Source: Camelus ferus
Lineage: Eukaryota
Assembly (NCBI RefSeq): GCF_009834535.1
Contig: NC_045707.1
Span: 47,122,001-47,186,000, forward strand
Length of the DNA: 64,000 nt
Direction: 5' to 3'
Part shown: positions 14,198-25,220 of the stretch, one piece after another
How the letters are laid out: the number at the start of each line of letters is the position of its first letter
Position numbering within the stretch: the stretch's first letter is position 1
Position numbers and translations under genes: made by a program
Notes under the pieces: generated by a model
What the model saw: the letters and a program-made list of their open reading frames with translations, nothing else
Told to the model about the DNA's origin: nothing
Databases searched by the model: none

Positions 14198-14846
14198 TTT
14201 TTTTTTTACCTTTTTTTATTGATTTATAATCATTTTACAATGTTGTGTCAAATTCCAGTGTAGAGCACAATTTTTCAGTTATACATGAACATACATATAT
14301 TCATTGTCACTTTTTTTCTCTGTGAGCTACCATAAGAGCTTGTGTATATTTCCCTGTGCTATACAGTATAATCTTGTTTATCTATTCTACAATTTTGAAA
14401 TCCCGTCTATCCCTTCCCACGCTCCGCCCCCTTGGCAACCACAAGTTTGTATTCCATGTCTATGAGTCTGTTTCTGTTTTTCGTGTTTATGCTTTGTTTG
14501 TTTGTTTTTTTAGATTCCACATATGAGCGATCTCATATGGTATTTTTCTTTCTCTTTCTGGCTTACTTCACTTAGAATGACATTCTCCAAGAGCATCTGT
14601 GTTGCTGCAAATGGCATTATTTTATTATTTTTTTATGGCTGAGTAGTATTCCATTGTGTATATATGCCACATCTTCTTTATCCAGTCATCTGTCCATGGA
14701 CATCGGGGTTGTTTCTATGTCTTGGCTATTGTAAATAGTGCTGCTATGAACATTCGGGTGCAGGTGTCATCCTGAAGTAGGGTTCCTTCTGGATATATGC
14801 CCAGGAGCGGGATTTCTGGGTCATATGGTAAGTCTATTCCTAGTCT
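14198..14846 (-). mobile_element. 5'-truncated LINE-1 3' end (different subfamily)
   Basis: Poly-T then L1 3' UTR and ORF2 tail (agattccacatatgagcgatctcatatgg...ctgggtcatatggtaagtc). Confidence 0.9.
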
Positions 14847-15084
14847 ATTTTTTGATCAAATAAAGTAGATTTTTTTCTATTTCATTTATTTTAAGACTAT
14901 ACTTCTTCAGTTGACAGTCCCAAGAGAGAGAAAAAAAGTGACATTATGGCTTAATTTACCTCTCTTATGAAGTACTTCTTGATGATTATGGAGCCCCCCC
15001 TTAACTTCTGTGTGGTTTATTGTCCTGCCAAACACCTGACATTTACTGTTCATATTGTTAATTGTCTTTCTGTATACCACTGAG

Positions 15085-15270
15085 ATTAAGAAAACAGACT
15101 CCGAAGCTACACTGGGTAGAGCCCAATAACCTGGATTTCAAATTTGGCTCTGACATTTGCTAGCTTTTGATCATTGCTAGTTCCTTATTTTCCTCATTTG
15201 TAAAATGGGTCTGAAGATTAAATGAATTAATAATACATTTAGAGCAATTAAATCAGTATTGGGCCTAGTT
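15085..15270 (+). mobile_element. MIR SINE
   Basis: ctggatttcaaatttggctctgac...tttcctcatttgtaaaatggg...gaagattaaatga. Confidence 0.7.
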
Positions 15271-16702
15271 TGTTTTCATTCTTGAGATTTTATTGATTTG
15301 CTTCATATCTAGGATCATTGCTTGATAATTGCCTAAAGTTGCTGCCCTCGTGGGATTTACAGACTACTGGTGAGGGGAGGAAAAGAAACAGACTATAGTA
15401 TAACCTGATGTGTTTAGTGAGGCAAAAGAATTGATTAGTAGTAGACAAGGAAATCAAGGAATTCAGCCTAACAGTTTTTCTTTTTGGATGCACAGTTTGT
15501 TAGTAGAATTTACAGATTGTTGTCCATTCTGAGTGATTGGAATAATCTTAAGTGCCATTCCTGGGGTGGAAATTACCAACCAACCCCCACAGCAAGTATA
15601 GTAATCCTTCTCATCAGCTCTTTGTGAGACCTGAGCCTGCGTGCATTTATTCATGGATCAAGCATTTATTTAGTACTTAGCACTGTCATTTGCTAGCCTA
15701 AGTTCTCATCTTCAGATAGTTTAGGATTCAACAAGTAAACCAACAGTTACTGTGCTATTGTAACAGGAGTGGTAGTAATTAATGGATAGAAACCTGGAAG
15801 TACAGGGAAGATGCTTCCAGACTAATTAGGACCTGAGAGATAAGTTGGTCAGATATACTTAGCCTTTGCAGAGTCTCTCTTTGGCTCTCAAGTCTCCATT
15901 TGAACTTAACAGAAGTATTGATCTAGTCTTGGATTGGGAAAAAAATTAGAACAGAGAGATTTTAATCGTATTCATCCCACACTATCTCTTGGGTATTACT
16001 CCAAGTGAAATACAAGAGTATGTTTATGTTACTTTATCAGTCCAACTGGAAATAAATCTTTTCAACAAAGTGATACCTTGGTCTAAAATCTAAGATTTAG
16101 TCCTTGGTATCCAGAGCCTTTGAAACAGTTACCTCCATTTTTCCTTCTCTGAATCTACCACCAGGAAATGAGATTTAAGTATGTGGGAGTAGAGGGAGAA
16201 AAAGGAGGAGGAAGGTGTGCTTAAGAATCATTATTCTCATCTGATTTTAGGATAAGCAATTTAAAACAACTGAATTTGGGTAAAATAATTAACTTTTTAT
16301 GAGTGTCAGTTTTTTCATTTGCAAAGGAAGAATGTGTAAATAGATGATATTTTACATCCACTAGAGGGTAGTGTGGACCATAAAAAAATGACTCCTCACT
16401 GATTAGCCCTTATTATTTAATCATTCCTTATTTAAATTAATTTTTGTGCATGAAATGTTTTTTTGAAATTGCAACAAATCATTGTGACTGTAACAAAAAG
16501 TAACACTTACACTCCTGTTATTAGAGATTCAGATGCTCTGACATTACTTTTTTATAGAATTTTTTGATGGGAAAATAATGATGCTTTAAAGTTTCTCCAC
16601 CAAATTTTACTCGTAAAATTATTCTTTAAATTATAAAATTATTAATTTCAATTATTCTTAATGACTTGTAAGTAAAATCATTATACACCAAGATTTGTGT
16701 TT

Positions 16703-17617
16703 CACTGTCCTGTATGGTAGCAACTAGACCTTGTGGAGATTGAGCAGTTGAAAAATGGCTAGTTCACACGTGTCCGGAGGGCTGGACTGCGGGTTTCTCC
16801 TTGGGGCAGCGGCGGGAAGGGGAGAGTATGATCTGCAGGGACCAGAGTCATGGCAGGACAGGCATTTAGAAAGTTTCTCCCTCTCTTTGACTGTGTATTA
16901 GTTGAAAGGAGTGCAGCCGAAACTGTAACCAAAGGAGGCATTATGCTTCCAGAAAAATCTCAAGGAAAAGTATTGCAGGCAACAGTAGTAGCTGTTGGAT
17001 TGGGCTCTAAAGGAAAGGGTGGAGAGATTCAACCAGTTAGTGTGAAAGTTGAAGATAAAGTACTTCTTGCAGAATATGGAGGCACCAAAGTAGTTCTAGA
17101 TGACAAGGATTATTTCTTATTTAGAGATGGTGACATTCTTGGAAAATACATAGACTGAAATGTCACTATCAAAATGGCATCACGTGAAGCTGCCCTTTCC
17201 ACTGAAGTTCTGAAATCTTTTCATCATGTAAATAATTTCCACGTCTCTCTTTTATAATAAACTAATGATATCCAAACTAATGACATCCAGTGTCTCTCAA
17301 ATTTAGTTTCACTGTACTGATAGAAACATTTCCAAATAAAAATATATAAATGAAAAAAAAAAGGCTAGTTCAAGTTGATATGTGCCGTGAGTATAAATTA
17401 CACACTGAATTTTGAAGAGTAAGTATGAAAAAAGATTGTAAAATATATCATTAATAATTTTATGTCAATTACCTCTTGAAATGCTATTTTGCATATATTG
17501 GCTTAAATAAAATATTAAAATTTTACCTGTTTCTTTCTACTTTTTAATGTGGCTACCAGAAAATTTATAATTACACACATGGGTTACATTATATTTCTGC
17601 TGAAATATAGCACTGCT
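16703..17617 (-). mobile_element. MER33-like hAT-Charlie element split by the HSPE1 retrocopy (pieces ~16703-16766 and ~17363-17617)
   Basis: Joined flanks (ctgtcctgtatggtagcaactag...ggctagttca/agttgatatgtgccgtgagtataaattacacac...aatgtggctaccagaaaattt...) resemble the reverse complement of the MER33 consensus as recalled. Confidence 0.75.
16767..17362 (+). pseudogene. HSPE1: Processed retrocopy of HSPE1 (mitochondrial Hsp10/cpn10); ORF 16850-17158 uninterrupted
   Basis: Intronless 102-aa ORF MAGQAFRKFLPLFD...GDILGKYID; GC-rich 5' UTR; 3' UTR with AATAAA at 17256 and 17335; A-tail 17353-17362; TSD GGCTAGTTCA at 16757-16766 and 17363-17372. Confidence 0.95.
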
Positions 17618-18934
17618 TTAAAGAAAAGCATTCACTGACCTTTTTATCATAGTGTACCTCTAGCTGGCCTTATGATTTGTAAGGAAGCAGTATAATGAAG
17701 AAATGGAGCACAACTTTGATTCTGTTCCTAATGCCTGCTACAATACATAGAGTCAGTTCTACTGTATAAGTTCCTAAAATTCATTGTGTTATATATGCAA
17801 AATCATGTAAAAATCGCAGGGTTCATGGATAAAATGTTAGGTGCATTACACTCAAACATCATTGGTAACATTTTTAAATGCCTACTTATTATATATCAAG
17901 GTCTTGTGGATGCCCTCACATAGTTTACAATTGTATATATGATGAAGAATTGGCTTGTATTAGTAATCCAAAAGGAACTCCTGTTAATGTTTTAGAATCA
18001 TTTAAAGATATAATGATGGAAGTTGGAGTAGACAGAATGTAGGCATCTTTGAGGCATCCCTCGATTTTATGACTTATTTTTGTGATAATGAAATTGATAG
18101 TTATGGAGTATATTCAGATCTTAAGTGAGATAAGCTGGAAGATCCACAATTGCCATTTTGTGTTTCAGAGAATATTTTAAATGGGGGAAACCTAATTGCT
18201 GTAGATATAATGGTTTAGGGGTATATACATAGTTGGTTAATAACTGGGCCAAGTTTCTTACATGCAAATTGCCATTCTTTTTCTAAGAATACTGTTTATT
18301 ATCTAAAAATTTTAGTGTACATAATTCATTAATTCATTGCCTTAAAATGTGTAAGACCTTAGATTGTTTCGTAGTGCACACAAGTTATTATTGAACCTAA
18401 AAATGGGAAGAATCCTATTTAATAGAATTTAGTTGATGGAATGTCAAGTACTGTAGTTTACTGGGATGTAATTCTGGGATTTGCTCTTCGAGTCCCAGTA
18501 GCTCTATTGATGATCAGATCAATTTGATATGTTATTTGATTCCTTTTAAAAGTATTTGTAGCATGAACTGCTGTATGCATTCTGTAAGATGAGATAGTTT
18601 CCTTGAGACCTAATCTTGTTGCCACTTAAATTCACATCCTATTTTTATATACTTCCTTTTCTACTTTTTAGTAATTAATTTCCTAAATATAGTCTACCGT
18701 ACTTCCTATTCTGCATGGCTTAAACTCAGTTCTATCTGGGATTCAGTGTCAGGATTGCTTTTAAGCAAATAGGATCACAAAATGCAGCTAAAGGTTTTTC
18801 CGTTTTCTTTTAAAACAAACACTGTTATTTAATAAATCTTGAGATTTGTGACTGTGCCTTGCTCTTACCTTACATCCTTTTTGAGTTGGATATATATTTC
18901 TATGGACTTAATGTGTGATCTCACTTGTCCTTTT

Positions 18935-19120
18935 ACAATGTTATCTTGTTTGATTTTTCACAGCAACTCTGCAGGAGAGGTAATGTTAACTATGTATATG
19001 AGGAAGCTGAGGCTCAGAGCAATGTAAATTACTTTCTCACAAATATAGTTAAGCAGTGCAGTTGTAATTTGAATCAATTCCTTGTAGACTTGAAGAAATC
19101 ACACTGTACTTCACTGTCTT
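18935..19120 (-). mobile_element. MIR SINE
   Basis: atgaggaagctgaggctcagag core. Confidence 0.55.
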
Positions 19121-20639
19121 TCTACCAAAGAATAATGGAAACTAAAACGTGTTTCACAGTTAACCACGTGTGAGTAGTACCAAGAAGGATTTTATTTCCT
19201 ACCCAAGTTTTTGCCCTTTTACGGAAAAAAATTGACAACAATGTCTGTAGTGAGAGTTGCTCCATTTGGTTTGGATTTTATTCTTTTTCCTCCCGTTATT
19301 TATGCTGTGGGTTTGTTTTGGAAATCAGTGCTGTGTAGTCAAATAATTATGCATCTATTCATTGTCTCAAAATCCATTAAAACTTGAGAGCGTATAAAAA
19401 CTATTTCAAAAAGTTTTCCACACTTGAGCTTATTCTAGAATGTGTTCTGATTAAATCTTTTACTTGATCAGGCCGCATGATATGTTTCATGTGTACATTC
19501 TTTAGAAAGACTGTCTAATTTTGAGGGTGAACTGAAGATGAGGAAATGAATGTCCTATCTGTCTCTGACAATGTGTACTGAGTGATTTTGAAGCTATTTT
19601 GGGATGTGATCTTAGAGGTCTTTCTGTCAGCTTTTATAGCTTTGAATAGAGCTGCTACTATGTTGTGTAACCAGGAGTGGTGTTCTGGGGCTCTTGGACC
19701 CCAGCTTTCTTTTTTCCCCTAGTCTCCCTCTTTATGGCTTTCTAAAAATGTGAAGACCTGGGGCAAATCAGGAGGATGGAGGTGAGGAGTCAAAATTCAA
19801 GGAATTTTACCATCCACTTCTTTTCTCCTTCCTTTATGCCTACTGTTCATCCTAATTTTCTCTATTTTTTTTCCCCTAAAAATGAAGACCAGTCTCTTTT
19901 GTTCTAGGTACCTGTTGGAGGACTTCCCAAGATGGGAGACTTCTTTATTGCCTCTTAAGATTTTTACTGCTCTAAAAATGTTTTACTTGGAACCTAAAGA
20001 ATATTTTGCTGAAAGTAGTTTATAGCATTTCAGTTTCTTTCTCATTTGCCCTTGCATTGTCATGGTTAAAACAAAAAAGCCTAGTCTCAAATTGAAGTTA
20101 AGTACTAAAAGGCATTACTTCAAATGACTATATGTTTAACATATTTTGGGGAAGGATTTGATTTTGTGTCTGCATCTTAGGACTATTTCAGTATGTAGCT
20201 GTGCTGACAGAAATCTTTTTTTAGTATATGCACTGCAGGCTGTAGAATGAAATGGTGTAAGATGTATAATTTTTCTTAAGTGAAGGCAGTGTAAATACAA
20301 TATTCTCATTCATTGTTTTTCATACCTAAAAGCTTAAATACAGCAGTGTTCTGTTTTAACTACAGATACCTATTCAGAATGTTGAAAATGTATTACTAAT
20401 ATATACTATGTAATACATAAAATTACACGTACTATTGTCACTATGTATATTGAATATTAACATTTTTCTAGCTAAAAATAAATTATTTATAAATAGAAAT
20501 TAGATCATTTCTTCCCACACCTGAGTAGATCCTTTTGTTTTCTTCTTGCAATGTGCTCATCCTGCTTTGAGTAACACTGCTTTAATGTTAAAGGTGAAAT
20601 TTCTGATAATTTATTTCTCATTCTCTGTAACATCAAATA

Positions 20640-22420
20640 GATTCATATTTCAAGTATTTATTGAATATCCAGGGTGCCAGTCACTGTTCCAAATGCTGAG
20701 GATATACCAGTAGATAAAGCAGTCAAATCTCTTCTGTTACTTCCATTCTGAACAAAATAAGTGAGATGTACTATGTTCAAAGGCCCCAGAGATTAAGTGC
20801 GGGGGGATGGGGTAGATGGAGAGGGTATGGGATAGGATGGAGTGGAGTTTGCAGTTTCAGTTATGGGGGCATCAATTGAGAAAACACATTTGAATGAAGA
20901 TCTTGGGAGCCGAAGGAGTGAACCATATAGAAAGTTGGGGGAAGAGGAGCAAGCGCAAAGCTCCTGAAGGGGGAGAATGCCTGGCAGGTTGAAGAACTAC
21001 AAAGAAGCTAATCTGGCTGGAACAAAGCAGGTGGGGTTGGGGCAGGGTGGGGGAAACATAGCTCAAGATGCGTAAGAGGTAGGTGAAGTGAAGGGATCAT
21101 GTAAAGCCTGTTGGGGTGGGGGGGTGTCAGAAGCAGGGAGAACAAGTTAAGTTGGCTGTTACAGTGTGCCAGGTGAGAGTTGATGGTGGCTTGAATCAGA
21201 GGTGTAACAGTGGAATCGTGAAAAGCAGTCCAGTCATGAGTAGATTTCCAAGTTCACACCAACAGAATTTGTTGATCAGGTTAGGTGGGTGGAATATGAA
21301 GGAAAAGGTGGATCACTTGGAAGGATGGATTTTCTGGTTAACTGAGGAAAGCTTTGGGGGAGGAGTAGGTTGAGTATGGGGAAGGTCATGCTAAATTTGG
21401 GGTGCTTATTAGACATTGAAGAGAAGCTGTCAAGCAGACAGTTATGATAGAAGCATGAGCCGGGGAGAGATCTGTGCAGCACATGAATTTGTGAGGCTTC
21501 AGCATGTATGGAGTATATTTAGTACGTAAATTCACTGGACTAGATGAGATCACTATGGAAGTGTGTAGGCAGAGAAGATGACCTAGGACGAACTGGCGCA
21601 CTTCAGTATTGGAGTATTGTGGAGATAGGGAGGAACCAGCAAGGAGGTTGCTGCCAGACTAGTAGAAAGAGAGCCAGGAGAGTGGCTGCAGGAAGCTGGA
21701 TGAAGCCTTGCAAGGAGAGGGCAGACCAGCTGGGTGAGATGTTGAATTTAAGTTAATTAAGATGAAGGTTAAGCATTTGATTTACTGTGTGGGAATTATT
21801 AATGACCTCAACAAGCAGATTAGTGGCTAGAGCCTGATTGGAGAGTTGTGCTTAAGATAGGAGAGGAGGAGAGAAATTGGATACGAGCAAGTATAGATAA
21901 CTTTCCCAGAGGAGCAAAGTCATGGGGCAGTAGCTGGTGGGGGAGAGTCAGGTCAAGGTCATTTTCTCCTCTTTCTGGAAGAAATTACAGCAGGTTTGTA
22001 CAGTTTGGGGAAAGATCCAATAAAGAGGGGGAAACTGATGATTCAGGAGAGGAAAGAGATGCTAAAGCAGTGTCCTTGAGTAGGAGAGAAGGAGATAAGA
22101 TCTAGAGGAGAGGTTGGCCGTAGCCTAGAGTGATAGTCATTTCATCCATAGCAACAGGAGAAAAGGCAGAGCACATGGACAGGTTGGTGTACAAGTGCTT
22201 CAGTGGGAACTTAAGGCAGTTTCTGTTTTCTCATGAAATACAGAGCAGTGTTACCAGCCAAAAGAGAGGATGTGGATGAAGATGTTGGAGGTTTCAACAG
22301 AGAGGAAGAAGCATGTTATAATTATTTAGGAGAGGGAGAAAGATGGAAAGACAACTAATGATAAGATTGTTGGGGACCAGTAAGGGTCCCTTTGAGGTTC
22401 ATTGTCAGTTTTACAGACTA
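20640..22420 (-). mobile_element. LINE-2 (L2a-like) remnant
   Basis: Begins with the L2 3' signature (caagtatttattgaa...gtgccag...ctgaggata), then a long purine-rich degenerate L2 body. Confidence 0.75.
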
Positions 22421-22919
22421 ATCAGCATGGTGGCTGTATATATTTCTGTAGCATTGTTTGGGTGCCCAAGCACTTGTTTTTCCTTCGTTTCATTATATTT
22501 TTCAGAAGGGAGATTTCAATAGCTTTAAAAACTACTTTTACTTTTAAAACAGCTTGTTTTATTGGTAGAGTTTAAACAGAGCAAGTTGCCTTACTTATAT
22601 GGTAATCCTAGTGTTATCTTCTTTATTTTCCTAGAGTTTAAAATTAGCTTTATTAGCCTAATTTTAGTACCAACATATTTGTAGACACTTGTAGCTAGAA
22701 TGTATATGATGTCATCAGTATTTGCAGTTGTATTAAGCTGATTGTAATTATTTAAATATTTTCTTTGAACTTTACATTTTATAAGCTAAATAAAAAAACA
22801 TTGGGAGATTGGAGAGGTTCTTTTATGTCCATTTCCAAGAGGGAGGTTTTCTAAGGTTCATTTTGATGTTTACCAAAATGACATTCGTTCCACAAATGTG
22901 TTATGTTTTTCTCTTGTAG

Positions 22920-23166
22920 GAAACCCAGCGTTTGCTGGCAGAACCAGTTCCCGGCATTAAAGCAGAACCAGATGAGAGCAACGCCCGTTATTTTCATGTG
23001 GTCATTGCTGGCCCCCAGGATTCCCCCTTTGAGGGAGGGACTTTTAAACTTGAACTATTCCTTCCAGAAGAATACCCAATGGCAGCCCCTAAAGTACGTT
23101 TCATGACCAAAATTTATCATCCTAATGTAGACAAGTTGGGAAGAATATGTTTAGATATTTTGAAAG
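22920..23166 (+). CDS. UBE2N: UBE2N (Ubc13, E2 ubiquitin-conjugating enzyme) coding exon 2
   Basis: Acceptor ...ctcttgtag|GAAACC; translates [82 protein letters not shown] (UBC HPN motif and catalytic Cys); donor G|gtaagt; 247 bp. Confidence 0.98.
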
Positions 23167-23353
23167 GTAAGTGTTATCTTTATTGTCATGTATGCTATTA
23201 AGATCTCCTTTTTCTCTTAAGCATTCCATATTAAGAATCTGAATATTGTAGTCTTACCTTATATAAAGACCACAGAAGTCTGTGGGAGGGAGATGCAGCA
23301 GTTCTGGGGCTGTTTTTTCATGCTTGATCATTCTGGGCCTGTTGCCTTCATAG

Positions 23354-23494
23354 ATAAGTGGTCCCCAGCACTGCAGATCCGCACAGTTCTGCTATCGATC
23401 CAGGCTTTGTTAAGTGCTCCCAATCCAGATGATCCATTAGCAAATGATGTAGCGGAGCAGTGGAAGACCAATGAAGCCCAAGCCATAGAAACAG
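23354..23494 (+). CDS. UBE2N: UBE2N coding exon 3
   Basis: ttcatag|AT AAG TGG...: (D)[46 protein letters not shown]; donor G|gtattt; 141 bp, phase consistent with exon 2. Confidence 0.98.
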
Positions 23495-24193
23495 GTATTT
23501 AATATCCATTCTCCTTCACACCACCTACACTTTTAAAAACAAACTTGTACTACTTTTTAAAAGACTTCTTTTAGGGTCTCAACAAGAAAAGAAAAAATAC
23601 TAAAGGAAAAAATCTGATCCTCCTTATAGTATATAAATACCTCTTATCAAAAGGTGTTCAACTCCATCTTATGGCCTATGTGACCCCCAAATTTAAAGAC
23701 AACCTATTTTAATTGGGAGATCTTGGACTCTTGTATAAACTATGCATGATTTAAACAAATACCTGAGTGCCATTCATCTAGCAATATGTAAGGGTAGTGG
23801 AAAACTTATTAGACTCTTGAGCTGTTTTGGCAATTTGTTTGATTAAATCAAAATGTGCGTCAGTTTATAGCTAGGGAGTTTGAAATGAGTAAGCTTTTTC
23901 CTGCTACAGATTTTAACAAAATTAATGGGTGAGCATTATATATCTAGAAATGAAGGAGACAGCTCTTGTCATCCTGTTAATTTTATGGAACTTCTAAATT
24001 CCATTGTAGTGTTTTGGTAGTGAGGTTTACAGTCTTTCTGCCCTAATCCAGATTATAGAAAATAGTATGAATTTAAGAGATTACAGCATGCTATTTCCAC
24101 AATTAACTTAGTAGTGTTTACTTTTTATAGAGTTTGGAAAGAAACATACTGAACTAAGTAAAGTAATAACTGCTTGTTTGTTTTTGTCTGCAG

Positions 24194-24234
24194 CTAGAGC
24201 ATGGACTAGGCTATATGCCATGAATAATATTTAA
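24194..24234 (+). CDS. UBE2N: UBE2N coding exon 4 (terminal)
   Basis: tgtctgcag|CT AGA GCA TGG ACT AGG CTA TAT GCC ATG AAT AAT ATT TAA = (A)RAWTRLYAMNNI*; with a 30-nt exon 1 outside the window this gives the expected 152 aa. Confidence 0.97.
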
Positions 24235-25220
24235 ATCGATCTGATCATCAAGTGTGCATCACTTCTCCTGTTCTGCCAAGACTTCTTCCTTTTTTGTTTG
24301 CATTTAATGGACACAGTCTTAGAAACATTACAGAATAAAAAAAAAGCCCAGACATCTTCAGTCCTTTGGTGATTAAATGCACATTAGCAAATCTGTCTTG
24401 TCCTGATTCACTGTTGTAAAGCATGAGCAGAGGCTAGAAGTATCATCTGGATTGTTGTGAAACGTTTAAAAGCAGTGGCCCTTCTCTGCTTTTATTCATT
24501 TCCCCCATCATGGTTTAAGTATAAAGCACTGTGAATGAAGGTAGTTGTCAGGGTTAGCTGCAGGGGTGTGGGTGTTTTTCTTTATTTTATTATTTTTTTG
24601 AGGGGGGAGGTAGTTTTATTTTAATTTTAAATGGGCTCCTTTTCCCTCTTTTATGGTGATCTAATTGCATTGGTTGAAAGCAGCTAACCTCAGTTCTTTA
24701 GAATATACTCTCTAGCCAAGTCTAACTTTATTTAGACGCCGTAGATGGACAAGCTTGATTGTTTGAACCAAAATGGGAACATTAAACAAACATCACAGCC
24801 CTCACTAATAACATTGTGACTTTGCTGTCAAGTGTAGAATCCTCCTTTCAGGAAAAAGCTTGTGACCATTTTGTATGGCTTGTCTGGAAACTTCTGTAAA
24901 TCTTATGTTTTAGTAAAATATTTTTTGTTATTCTACTTTGCCTTTGTACAGTTTATTTTACTGTGTTTATTTCATTTTCCCAATGTGACAATCTTATTTA
25001 AAAATTAAAACTGATGGAACATTGTTTTGGTCTTCACCACCTGACAAATTGAATGGTGAGAGGTAGATTTTGCCGGTTTCTTTTCATTGATGCAAGTTTG
25101 TGTTAAGATATCACTGAGTGGAGTATTAAGCTGGCCCTGAGCATGCCTAAAGCATCAGTATCTGACCTTTTTTTGCCTCCTAGAAATTTGAAATAAATGT
25201 GTTTGTGTTGTCTGGTTAGT
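24235..25220 (+). other. UBE2N: UBE2N 3' UTR (possibly extending to ~26030)
   Basis: Follows the stop codon; poly(A) hexamers AATAAA 24334, ATTAAA 25004, AATAAA 25192 (followed by a GT-rich tract), also AATAAA 25959 and 26000. Confidence 0.7.

Larger units (their letters stand above)
1..22919 (+). other. UBE2N: UBE2N intron 1 (3' portion; exon 1 outside window)
   Basis: No MAGLPRRIIK-coding exon or CpG island seen upstream of exon 2 within the window; repeat-rich. Confidence 0.8.

Noticed and set aside
16800..16852. In-frame UBE2N exon1-HSPE1 fusion by splicing
   Set aside because: The CAG acceptor candidates 11 and 4 nt before the ATG are out of frame with a phase-0 donor and lack a polypyrimidine tract.
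16759..16941. 60-aa - strand ORF
   Set aside because: Antisense shadow of the HSPE1 retrocopy.
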